In this document: positions 51,917 through 64,000 of the stretch, one piece after another
How positions within the stretch are numbered: the stretch's first letter is position 1
Layout: the number at the start of each line of letters is the position of its first letter
NCBI GenBank assembly: GCA_002189035.1
Contig: CM007989.1
Span: 186,001-250,000, forward strand
DNA from: Utricularia gibba
Lineage: Eukaryota > Plantae > Magnoliophyta
Length of the DNA stretch: 64,000 bases
Direction of reading: 5' to 3'
Notes under the pieces: model-generated
Told to the model about the DNA's origin: nothing
Database searches by the model: none
What the model saw: only the letters and a program-made list of their open reading frames with translations
Translations under genes and position numbers: made by a program

Positions 51917-54356
51917 ATGTTTACTAGGCGATACCTTATTTACGGTGAAATTTGGATTCCGGTGCTGTTTTGGGCTATATTTCTGTGTGGTTTTTCTACG
52001 GCTTGGAAGGTTCGGTGTGTTTTACCTGCATAGACTTATTGTTTGTATTTGCTGAGATATCGTGTTTTTGCTCCTCCAATGGCGGTTACCTAATATTTTC
52101 AATGGAGACAGGAGGGATCCACGTGCGTCGTCAACGGTAACTGCGACAATGGATTGCATTGCGAAACCTGCGTGGCCAACGGAAATGTTAGGCCGCGATG
52201 CACTCGGATTCAGCCCGTACAGCCTATATCTAAGGTTTGTGCAAAAAACACGTACGTTCTCTGTAATTTCAGTTGAATTTATGGAATCCTGGAATTGTAG
52301 GTGAGAGGACTACCGCTCAACCGGTATTCATGGCTAACTACTCACAACGCCTTTGCAAGATTGGGGGAGACATCAGCCACCGGAAGCGTGATTTTGGCGC
52401 CACCAAACCAGCAAGATTCCGTTACTTCCCAACTAAACGTGAACTCTTCAGTTCTCTATTACCTATACGCATCTTACATCATGCTTTAAAACATATGGCT
52501 GTCGCGAAGATTGTGGGACCGGGGTAGTTGGAGACGTGCTTGCTGTAATCATCTATTCGTGAATCATGAGTAAACTAATAGCTAGTGCTTCCTTTTGATT
52601 TTATCTTTGCTGACGTCATTAGTTTGTGCTTGAAGAGTTTCTGGATGCTTGTGTTTTGTTTTCTTGGTTTCTGTTGTGCGCTGTTACAATTACACTTGAT
52701 CTCCTGATGATGTTGGTATTGTGAGTTGCAGAATGGAGTGAGAGGGTTGATGCTTGACATGTACGATTTCCTTGGTGATATATGGCTGTGTCACTCGTTC
52801 GGCGGAAACTGCTATAACTACACAGCATTTGTAAGTATGCAATCAGAAACCACCATTTACCCAAGACAGCGGCCTTGATTATTTCGCGTTGCATTATGAC
52901 TGGATATTATTATTCTTTTGTTTATGGTATAGCTTTCATGACTTTGAATCACAGTATATGATTTACCTGTAGACTCTTTGTTGCAGCAACCTGCCATACG
53001 TGTTTTGGAAGAGATTCAAGTATTTCTTGAGGCCAATCCTTCGGAGATCATCACCATTATCATAGAAGATTATGTCACTTCCCCAAGAGGCCTGTCTAAT
53101 GTTTTTAATGCATCTGGTTTAATGAAGTTCTGGTTCCCGGTATCCCAAATGCCACAAAATGGTGCTGACTGGCCAACCGTCGATGAAATGATCAACCAGA
53201 ACCACCGTCTGCTTGTGTTCACCTCTAAAGCTTCAAAGGAATCCTCCGAAGGCATTGCCTATCAATGGAAATACATGGTTGAAAATCAATGTAAGCCTTC
53301 TTAGTCTTTTTCAAAGTTCTGGTCTTGAACACTTATTTATCATGAGCATTCTATTTCTTCTTACCAAATTTTGAAATCTTAAGTCACCATCTTGTGGTTG
53401 GATTTCCACCGATGTAAATATTTGCGTCGTGTATCTGTCTAGTTCCAGGTTCATGAAGATGGTATTAGTGTACTCTCTGCGCCATTTTTTCTATTCAGGG
53501 TTTTCCTCGTTGTGCGGTTTGGTAGAAAAGCACTGAACCACAAAATGGAGTACTATTCATGTTTTTATCACGATCTTAAATGACTCCATTTTTCGCAGAC
53601 GGCAATGGCGGAATGATAGCTGGGTCATGCCCGAACCGATCAGAATCATCCGCAATGAACACACAATCAAGATCTCTTGTGCTGATGAACTATTTCCCCA
53701 GTACCCCTGATCCGGTGACAGCATGCAAGGACAATTCAGCCCCTCTAGCCGCCATGTTGGACGTATGCTATCACGCATCTGGTCAAAGATGGCCCAACTT
53801 CATCGCCGTTGATTTCTACAGGGTAAAGAAACACCATTCCTGCAAGGAAGAGCGATAGTTGCGTTCATGCATGAATGTTGTATGTTTTCATGTATGTTCT
53901 CCGCAGAGAAGTGATGGGGGAGGTGCCCCTGCTGTTGTGGACAAGGCCAATGCCGAATTACTGTGTGGTTGCACTTCTCTATCACGCTGCACGGTAAAGT
54001 CGTTACTTGTTTTCTACTTAATGGTTAGTAGGCGTAAATATACTTTGAACCAGACAGCTCATGGCGTTCTGCCGAATTTGATTGATGTGTGAGATTGGGT
54101 TGTTATATTATTTAATCAATCCAGCAATAAAATTTTAGAAACTGGCCTATTGAAAGCAGGATGCTTAAAATGGTGTATTTGTTAACAATTGAAGTCGTTG
54201 CAGGAGGGTACACCATTTGGGAGCTGCGAGCAGCATACGTTGGAAATTACACCCGCTGGTGCGCCCAATATCGGTTCCAGAGCTGGGATGATTAGCGAGG
54301 CAACGCAATTCAAGTTGATGCTCGCTCTTGGTCTCTTAGTAATCTTGGGATACTAA
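51917..54356 (+). CDS. PI-PLC X-domain-containing (PLC-like phosphodiesterase) protein, At1g49740/At5g67130-type
   Basis: Signal peptide, Cys-rich CDNGLHCETC, YSWLTTHNAF, NQQDS, GVRGLMLDMYDF...WLCHS, IEDYV, WPNFIAVDFY; hydrophobic C-terminal tail. Confidence 0.92.
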
Positions 54357-56232
54357 GGTACCATTACTTCTCATTATTTGTGAATGTGATTATTTCTTTT
54401 AAGTTTCAAAAGAAAAATAGAAAGACCAGAAAATGGTTGGGTGAGATGGGATGGATCACCTTTACCAATATTTCTGAAGAAATGCTTTTTATTTTGTCAA
54501 ATTGTATTTAAAAAATACGTGTACGATTTCCATGGTTTTGATGTTGTATGCGTATATAATTCTTGACCTAGATCTTTGGGTTTGCTATGATGAACATCTT
54601 TGAATACTTGTGCAGGCTCTCTGTTTTGCATGTTTTATATCATTGAATAAAAAAAAAGTGAGGGTGTTGATTCATCGTAAACTTAATATCAATTATCTTT
54701 AATTGAAATTACGTGATTGGATCTGGTATTAAACCCTCTGCCAGAAAAGCAGAATATAAAGTGAAACCCAACTCTATAGATGGGGATCTTTTTTTTTTTA
54801 ATGACAAGACGTTAGAGGTGGGATCTGGTATTAATATAAGATTAACTGGAGCCTGTTTTATTTGGCATGGTTTATACCTCATTTGGTGTTGTTATTAACA
54901 ATTAATTAGTTGAAGCCCAGTAAACGGCGCGATTCATTGGAACAGATGTTCATATTATTGCTCACCACACGATTGATTCATTGGATATCAAATGCAAACT
55001 GCACTTCAAACAACTACTAGCAGAAGACCAGCATGACTGTCGATATTTATCGAGTCCCAAAACACTCCCCTACCAAACATACCGCATGATTAAAAGAAGG
55101 GCCCGGTGCAATTTAATTCAGGATAGGGATTCACTGGGTTGCCGGTTCCTAGTTCCATTATGATGCAATTGAAATTGCAGAAAATGCGAGAATTTACCTG
55201 GACCACAAAGCATCAGGAAGCATAATTGTCCCTGTAAAAGCTCGACCTAGTCACCCTCAACCAAGGCATGCTTCACTGAGGATTTGAGACCTCGCATGCT
55301 GGTGCCCACAGAAGCCACGTTTTTGGATAGGCCTTTAATTATAGACAGCTTTGCTTCTCCCACATAGAACTACAAAAAATTAAAGGATAAATCATCAATT
55401 TGCTGAAAGATGCCCACATCCCAAAAAAAGAGATAATTGTACAGTGAAGAAGAAACTTGAACCAGAAATTACTATTATTTGCGACTTTTCCTAGTGGATT
55501 TGCATGCTGATAATAATTCAACAGTCACAGGTTTGTATGCTCAAAAACAGATAATCAACAGTCAAAGGTTCAAGCAACGGCATAACGCATGATAGAACTC
55601 TAATAAAGGAGGCACTAAATCTAGTCGAATTCTGGTATAACGACTCTATCGAATGTAGCAGTGAATATTACACTCCTGATTGGGATGTTAGGTATCCACC
55701 ATTACCTAAAAGAAATGCAATGCAAAGCATTAACGAAAAGAAATAGTATAAGTACCACGAAATTACCCCAAGATGCTAACTGAGAATGAGGACCATTCGA
55801 TTTATCTCGAGATATGTGAACCTGAGAGAAAGAGGCTCTCCAATCGCCAGCCATTTCCTCAAAAGAGGATCCCCACCTCACTTCTTTGACCAAGAATACC
55901 ATTTTAACAAACCAGCAAGCTGCCCAGTAAAATGAAAAGAAGGTTGTACCCTTAACTATGGTTAATACTCAACCATTCCCTGGAGTTAGGTAACCGCACG
56001 TGTGTACCATGAAATATTTAGGACTCTCCCGGCGTACAGATCCATTAGCTTGAAAATCAGAGAAATATCACTCTGTTTTCATTTTGTGTAACTTTTCTCT
56101 CGCTCAAAAAAAAAAAAAAAAAAAGTGAAAGCAAACCCTTTCCACTGTTCAAATTCCTTCTCATATTCTCCTCTCCCGTGTTCCCTCCCTTTCGCCTCAT
56201 TTCGTTTTACAGACAAGTCGATAAGCACAAAC

Positions 56233-57562
56233 ATACCTGGGAGTTTAGAGTCGCTTGATGTCTTATGCAGATCCCACACCATTTCTCCTGCCTGATTTCC
56301 CAGTGACCGTTTGTACGGTCAAACGTACGACCGTTCGAGGATAGAATCGTGGGTGGCTGCCGGGAACACAACATGCCCGGTGACCAGAATGCCGCTCACA
56401 GACTTCACCCCGATTTCAAACTACACTCTCCAAAGGCTTATTCAATTGACTGGTGCTTCTCGAAACATTCTTTCGGAATCGAGCATACCCACTCCAACAC
56501 AACCGCCGGATCCGATTTTCGTCGGGAATCTGCTCAATCAATTGCCATCAACTTCTATATCCTTCAACGTCAAGGTTTTGGCGCTGAGAAGGCTTAAAGG
56601 ATTATGGCACGATTCGGAGAAGAATCGAAATCTTGTTGCGGCATATTATGCACAGCAGATTCTGCTCTCTCTCCTATTCGGTGGCATCGGGTTTCAACCA
56701 TCAGAGGTACACATCGAATCCCCAAGAATCGAAATCTTGTTGCGGCATTTTATGCACAGCAGATTCTGCTATCTCTCCTATTCGGTGACATCGGGTTTCA
56801 ACCATCGGAGGTACACATCGAATCCCCAGCTATACTGCCGATGTTCGCTTTTTCAGAAACAGATTGCCTCTACGTCGGCTCCAATCTTGACAGAGTAAGG
56901 TATTTAGTGAATCTGCTATCTCACTCATCAATTAACATCCGAGTCCTCTCAGCGGCGGTGATGGAAATGGTTGCGGCGCGGATAAGATCGCCAGAGTTGC
57001 GCGGCCAGATAAGTAGCATCGATGGTTTGTTTGAAGGCATAATCGGAATTCTAAACTATCCGTTGTCTCATCCCGGGGCGCTGAAAGTCGGAATCAGAGC
57101 ATTGTTTGCCCTATCTCTTGTGAAGCAGCATGCTTACTCGCGGTTGCCGCCGGTGCTGTGGAACCGTTGATCGATCGTCTCCCTGCGCTTGAAAGATGTG
57201 ACGCCGAGAGAGCTCTGGCGACGGTGGAGCTGCTCTCCCGGATACCTTCCGGTTGTTCGGCGTTCTCTTCCCACGCGCCGACGGTTCCGCTGCTTGTGAA
57301 AATCATACGCAAGGTCTCAGATTGAACCACCGAATACGCCGCCGGCGCTCTTTTATCGGTATGCTCCGCTTCCGAGAGAGCTGAGTCCGAGGCGGTTACC
57401 GCCAGCGCTATGACTCAGCTATTGTTACTGATTCAAAGCGATTGCACAGAACGAGCGAAGCGAAAGGCGCAAATGCTGCTGAAGTTGCTGCGGAACTCGT
57501 GGTCGAATGACATCATCGCCGTTACGGATGATTTCACCGGAAGCAACATCCTTCCGTTTTGA
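56233..57562 (+). pseudogene. PUB26: PUB25/PUB26-like U-box/ARM E3 ligase pseudogene
   Basis: Start codon is ATA in the ATA-CCT-GGG-AGT-TTA-GAG (MPGSLE) context. About 6 codons of the U-box (LELMRD-equivalent) are missing. There are several frameshifts, a 104-bp tandem duplication, and a TGA at 57323-57325 where the family has Arg (VSDR). The family-typical end TERAKRKAQMLLKLLRNSW...ILPF* is still present. Confidence 0.92.
56621..56828 (+). repeat. 104-bp tandem duplication within the PUB pseudogene
   Basis: AGAATCGAAATCTTGTTGCGGCA... starts at 56621 and again at 56725; the copies differ at about 4 positions. Confidence 0.95.
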
Positions 57563-57862
57563 AAATTTTTCGCTTTCCAATTTCTCCCACTTTTTCCCCA
57601 ACTCACAGAGGAGAAATCTTCTCGAAAAGATTTGAAAAAAATAAAATAAAAGACTAATTACTTGGTGTATCATCTATTTATTCTAATTTTCAGTAGCCAC
57701 GGAAACCCGATGGCGGTGGATTTCAAATTTAAAATCCTCCATCCCCTTATTGGGCTTCACTATACCTATAGCCCAGGCTCAAGCCCACGGCTACATTTCC
57801 ATGAGCTTTTTTTTAACGAGGTTTCAGTAATGTGCCCCGCCCCTTCCACGGGGAAAAGAAAA

Positions 57863-58705
57863 TTAAGGATTGACCCAAAGAATTATCTCTGCAGCTGCCT
57901 GCTTGTATACTTGCTCCACAGCAGAGGGCTGTTGCTGGAACTGCTCGATATCTCCATTCACCTGCAATTTGAACCCAAAGTAGTGTCACAATCTTAGACA
58001 ATGAATGACACAAGAAAGAAATGTCTGCTCACACGGGCATGGATGGCGATCATGGAGGGTCCGTAATCCGAAGACACCTGAGCAGAAACAACTTCTATGT
58101 TATGCTTCTCCATCACAAAACAAATGGCTGTCAGCAGCCCGGGCCTCTTCAGGCTGCAGATACTAAACTGCGCCTCCTTCCCGCAAATGCTTAGTATCAC
58201 ATTCGCCGATGTCCATGTCTTGAAGACGGCGGGAGCATGGAAATCCAATCCCCGGAACGACGACATCGAATCATGATTCGGGTTCGGGTTAGAACCCGAC
58301 TGTGCAACGACGGATCTCGATGCATTTCTAGCGACCATGGAGCGGAGTCTCAGTTCCTCGACGACGTTTTGCAGCTTCTTCACGTACTTGACTGTTTCAT
58401 CGACTATCGTCGATTTGTCCGCCTGAGAGCAAATATCAGTGAACAAGGAAAAAAAGGGATAATTTGCAATGATGCGTATAATAACAATAGTGTTGTTTGT
58501 TTACTTTGGGGGGGATGTGAGGGAGTAAGGAATGAAGATTCGTGAACATGTCCTTCATCTTCTTCCTCCTCTCCCTCTCCGTCCAAATATGCACTTCATG
58601 GTCCTCGGATTCCTCATCTCCGCCGCCTTCGTTCTTCGCGGCGGCGGGTCTCCTTTTCATCGGCTTCCCCGCGCTCAGCATGACTCCGCAGGGGGTATCA
58701 TCCAT
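57863..58705 (-). CDS. ZOU: ZHOUPI/RGE1 (bHLH95-like) transcription factor, 3 exons, ~229 aa
   Basis: [33 protein letters not shown]|ADKSTIVDE; ACT-like [18 protein letters not shown]; last exon [18 protein letters not shown]. Exons 58705-58505, 58422-58033, 57961-57863. Confidence 0.9.
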
Positions 58706-60820
58706 CTTCGCCCCTAGGACACAGAACTTTACACATATGTTTATATAGCGGCGGTTGATGAGCACGAATTTCGGTTATTATTTATAATATCTGATTTTCA
58801 TCAAGGAAGGGACAAAAACTGTGCGTGGGTGGAATCGTTGGGAGCGTCAGAACAGGAAACCAAACTGTAATGATGAGCAGGGGATGCGGTTACTACTCGA
58901 AGACAAAACGTTAGCCGAACCCACTCCAACTTTTCTGTTTAATAGTGCCAGAAGAAGAAAAAAAGGACAGCTTCTGAATACAATGGCGTAGATTCGTCTT
59001 TCGTCTTTTTCGATTAAATTGCATTGTTTGAATTGCTTAAATTTGAAATCATTGTTTCCGGAATCCATTAAACCAGTTGAAGTCAAGCATCCGATGCAGG
59101 AGAAGCAAAAATAGAATGAAGGCCCGGCCCAATAAGGATGAAGAACGTTAGATGAATAATATTATGGACATTAGTATTTTCTAATATTATATAAGTTCTA
59201 CGTAAATTCATAAAGTTTTGATATCTAAAATATATAGTATCATACAAAAAAAGTATGTATCGTTACATCACCACAAAATATATAAGAAAATTACATATCT
59301 TGTTTGATTATTTTTTAAAAAATTATACTTTGTATATGAACTTATATTTTTGTTTTGTATTTAAATAGGTACCTTTATTTTGTTACATTTTTATGAAAAT
59401 TGTAACAATAAATTTTGAATTAGTATAAAATAAAAATGAATATAAAAATCAATGAATTTTTATCCGTTCAAATATGTAACTTATTTTATGTTGAAATCAC
59501 GTTATTCGAATGAAAAAATAAACTAAATAATAATACATAATTAAATATAAGTTTTCTTTTTTTTCAAAATATAAATTTTTTGAAGTAAAAATCAAATTAA
59601 ATGGATTAGTTTTCTTATCTTTATTGAAGGATGAGTAAATTTGTAAGAGTTATGAGATAATAAAAAAGACGAGAGACGAGACTTGGGGTCATTTATAAAA
59701 ATGTCCATCCCCCTGTATATCTTACACACTAAAAATAAATTTTTATATATATAATAACCAATTTTATCACATACAAAAAATGCAATTGCCATTTTTCTAA
59801 TACCCCATCTCCTCTCTAAGGTAGTAGACTTCTGACAAGCACGGTGATACAGCAGTAACTCCCTTCAAACGTGGGCACGTGGGCTGTTCTGATTGGAGTG
59901 GTCATGAACCTCCACATCATCCTCCTCCGACAACGCCAGTTTTTTTTGTCCTTTCATACACCGAGAGTAAATGAGTCAAATACCTCACATTTTTTAATTA
60001 ATTTGTGATTTACGTTACTTTTGTCAGCATTTTATAAATTACCACAAAAATTAAATATTCTTTACATTTTACTTTAACTTTATAATTTTCGTATTTATTA
60101 TATTTTTAATAAAATCGATGTCTTCACGTTTATTTTCATTTCAGATTTTTTTACTCGACTTTGAACAAATAATTCTCATTTATTTAATGATAAATTAAAT
60201 ATTTTATTTATTATTATTTTTATTTATATAACAATCAATTTGATTTTATATTGAACATAAAATAAAACTAAAATTCAATTATGCATGATTTTTTATTCAA
60301 TTTTTACTTAATTACATTTTATTAAATTGATTTTTTTACTTTTTTGAAATTTAAAATATATTTAATTTTAATGTAAATAAAACATAGCTTTGAAATAAAA
60401 TATTTATTTATCTTATATAATAATTTTTATTGATATACAACATGTATTAACAATAAAATTTGTTATATAGTCTATTTTTTATATTTCATATTTTTCATGA
60501 AATCTATTTTATTTTTTATCATTAATGTAATATGAAAAAAATTGACAAAATAATATATCAGATTTTATTATTTTGATAATTATATTTTGCAATCTTTTTA
60601 AAAAGGAAAATAAATATACTATTTGATAAAGTTATTTTATTTATTTTTGATAAAATATAAAGTGCAAATAATTTTGATTAGTAAGGTAAAATGAAAAGAA
60701 ACTGTGTTAGTATGATAAAATACAAATGTAATACGTCTGACACCGAAAATGTGGACGGAGCCCACCGTGTCGTTCGATTGGCAACATTCAAACTACCACG
60801 ACCATAAAATGAAAAGCTTC

Positions 60821-60880
60821 ACCTACCCTTCAGCACCCGTTGACCGGGATCGTAGCGGGTTTACGATTCTCTCTATAAAT
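60821..60880 (+). promoter_or_regulatory. AC-I element (ACCTACC, 60821-60827) and TATA box (TATAAAT, 60874-60880) of CCoAOMT
   Basis: Exact motifs 83-142 bp upstream of the ATG; AC elements are standard in phenylpropanoid promoters. Confidence 0.65.
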
Positions 60881-60962
60881 CCACCTCCATTTTTTCCCAC
60901 GCTTTACTCCAGAACAAGCAACCTTTGAGTTGAGCTCTCGCATAGTTTCCTGTTGGAAGACG

Positions 60963-62392
<1,430 letters not shown>

Positions 62393-63218
62393 TCTTCTGC
62401 GATGGAAACTTAAACTTGGGAAGTTATCATTGTAATCTCCGTTCTTTTCTGAAAGTGTATCGCCTAATAAATAAATCTATTATCCAGCTTTATTATAATT
62501 TCGAGTTTTTTTATAATTGTTTTAATTGAATTCAATATATTTTAAAAATGTTTCCAAATTTATTATTATTTTTAAAATTTTTAGAAAATTACTAAATTGA
62601 ACACAAAAAAAATTATTGATTTAATTCGGATTTGCAAAACATTGTGAACTTATTTCAAGTTTTTTGTTGGAATATATATATTTATTTCTTCAAAATTGGG
62701 GATCCCATCTCTCTATCGGTTATCAGCAATGGCTTGTGAGAACGCCCAAACGTTCAAATTGATCTGGACAGGCCCAAGAAAACTCAAACGCCTTGTTGCT
62801 GACCTAGTTTCGAATCGCGAGTCGTTTCACATGGGGGTAAAGAACCAAGCAATGCCGGCGGCGGCCGAGGACAGATTCCGTTCAGTGTTTTGGCCGAAAG
62901 AAGACAGCCGTTACGGTCACTGGTTGAATCAAGGTCAACCGCGTTCCGATGGAGCTCGTCCAGCCCGAAATAATATGTTAGAACATGTTCAATGATTTCT
63001 GGGAATTTAATTATTAAATTTATATTTTCTTTATAATTATTTTCGTAAAATAAATCATTTCCAAAAATTTGAAATGTCATTTTTTTGTGTACATTTTAAT
63101 GAATTTCTACAATGGAAATGTAAATTCCATTTTATGAAATCAGGAAACAAAACTAAATCTAAATAATGATTTTTAAAAATCTAATAAACACTTGTGTAGA
63201 AACCCTTAGTACATGTTA

Positions 63219-64000
63219 TTACGAAGCGTTGGAATGTATAAGCGTCAAAGGCGGTGGGAGAGGATGGGAGAGAATTCGACCGTGGCGGGAGAGGTTCGGA
63301 GACCTCTCCCTATCGCCCACTGACCAATTCAATTGAAGGGGCCGGAATGCGGTAGCGTGTGTCGGAAACTCTTTAGGTAGGGACTCATTCCTCTCCCTAT
63401 GACCGCCCAATTGAAGGCTTACTGCGGGAATGCGGTAGGAAATAATGCTATCGGGTATATTGGTGCTTGACTGAAAGGGAGAGGTAGGGAATGCAAGTGG
63501 CACAAGACCTTCGATCGACAGTAGGGTGTACTCTTTACCCTTACTGAATGAATTCGAGTGAAGTGTAAAGCTCCTTCTCATGTTCGTCGACGAGTAGCTG
63601 AAGACGGAGAGTGGGAAAAATTCTCGTTCCGTATGTCAGAACTCTTGTAGTCGCCGGTGGACGCGGTGCTTGTGCGTTTCCATTTGATTTTGCATCATCG
63701 GGATCCCAGTCTTCAGTTCTATGTGATTCATTCAACCACCCTCTGTCCGCGCCTCGCTTTATATTCATCCCATCATTGCCATCCTTGTCCCTGCCCAGCC
63801 TTGATTTGAAACTGAACTCTGCAGAGAATTGCCACTTACGTGCTTTTGCTGAATTCTCCTCCACTCATCCTAGACGGTCGGAGAAGCCGAAATCAGAGTA
63901 GGCGTCATTAGCCTTTTTATATCAGGTTCAAATCGGCGAAGAAACCTGTACCAGGATTGCTGAATCCACTCTGTTTCTACCATTTAAAGACTACAGGATG
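63219..64000 (-). other. Unassigned, possibly coding 3' portion of a gene entering from the right edge
   Basis: Two overlapping ORFs (63541-63864, 63219-63581) and plausible GT-AG junctions near 63946/63871 on the minus strand; no family recognised. Confidence 0.25.

Noticed and set aside
59140-60720. Possible MITE/Helitron in the AT-rich tracts
   Set aside because: No terminal inverted repeats, target-site duplication or 3' hairpin-CTRR end could be identified by eye.

Overview
Eukaryotic nuclear DNA from a eudicot plant with a very compact genome: about 16 intact-looking multi-exon genes plus one pseudogene in 64 kb, with many introns of 60-90 nt. A Lentibulariaceae-like genome is my inference only. 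Gene order: SMG1 (-, runs off the left edge) | POK2/KIN12D-like kinesin (+) | carboxylesterase (+) | SP1 E3 ligase (+) | KRP CDK inhibitor (-) | SDR-MDR fusion reductase with PTS1 (-) | RAD54 (-) | malectin-like/LRR protein (-) | RPL37a (+) | nitrite reductase (-) | ABF/AREB bZIP (+) | SPARK-type RLK (-) | PI-PLC X-domain protein (+) | PUB25/26 pseudogene (+) | ZHOUPI bHLH (-) | CCoAOMT-like (+) | unassigned region at the right edge. From memory this resembles the Arabidopsis At1g49620-49780 / At3g19050-19380 blocks; not verified. I found no clearly new multi-gene system, transposase, CRISPR array or structural RNA gene. At least seven -1 frameshifts all sit in short G/C runs of otherwise conserved genes (SMG1 x3, POK2, malectin-LRR, RLK, CCoAOMT), which points to consensus errors rather than gene loss. 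Lesions and features that this error mode does not explain are the best leads: (1) the POK2-like kinesin keeps an intact motor and stalk but its C-terminal tail exons are decayed; (2) PUB25/26 is a genuine pseudogene with a diverged 104-bp internal duplication; (3) the CCoAOMT has a rewritten substrate-binding region; (4) a nitrate-responsive element abuts an ABRE in the divergent NiR/ABF promoter.
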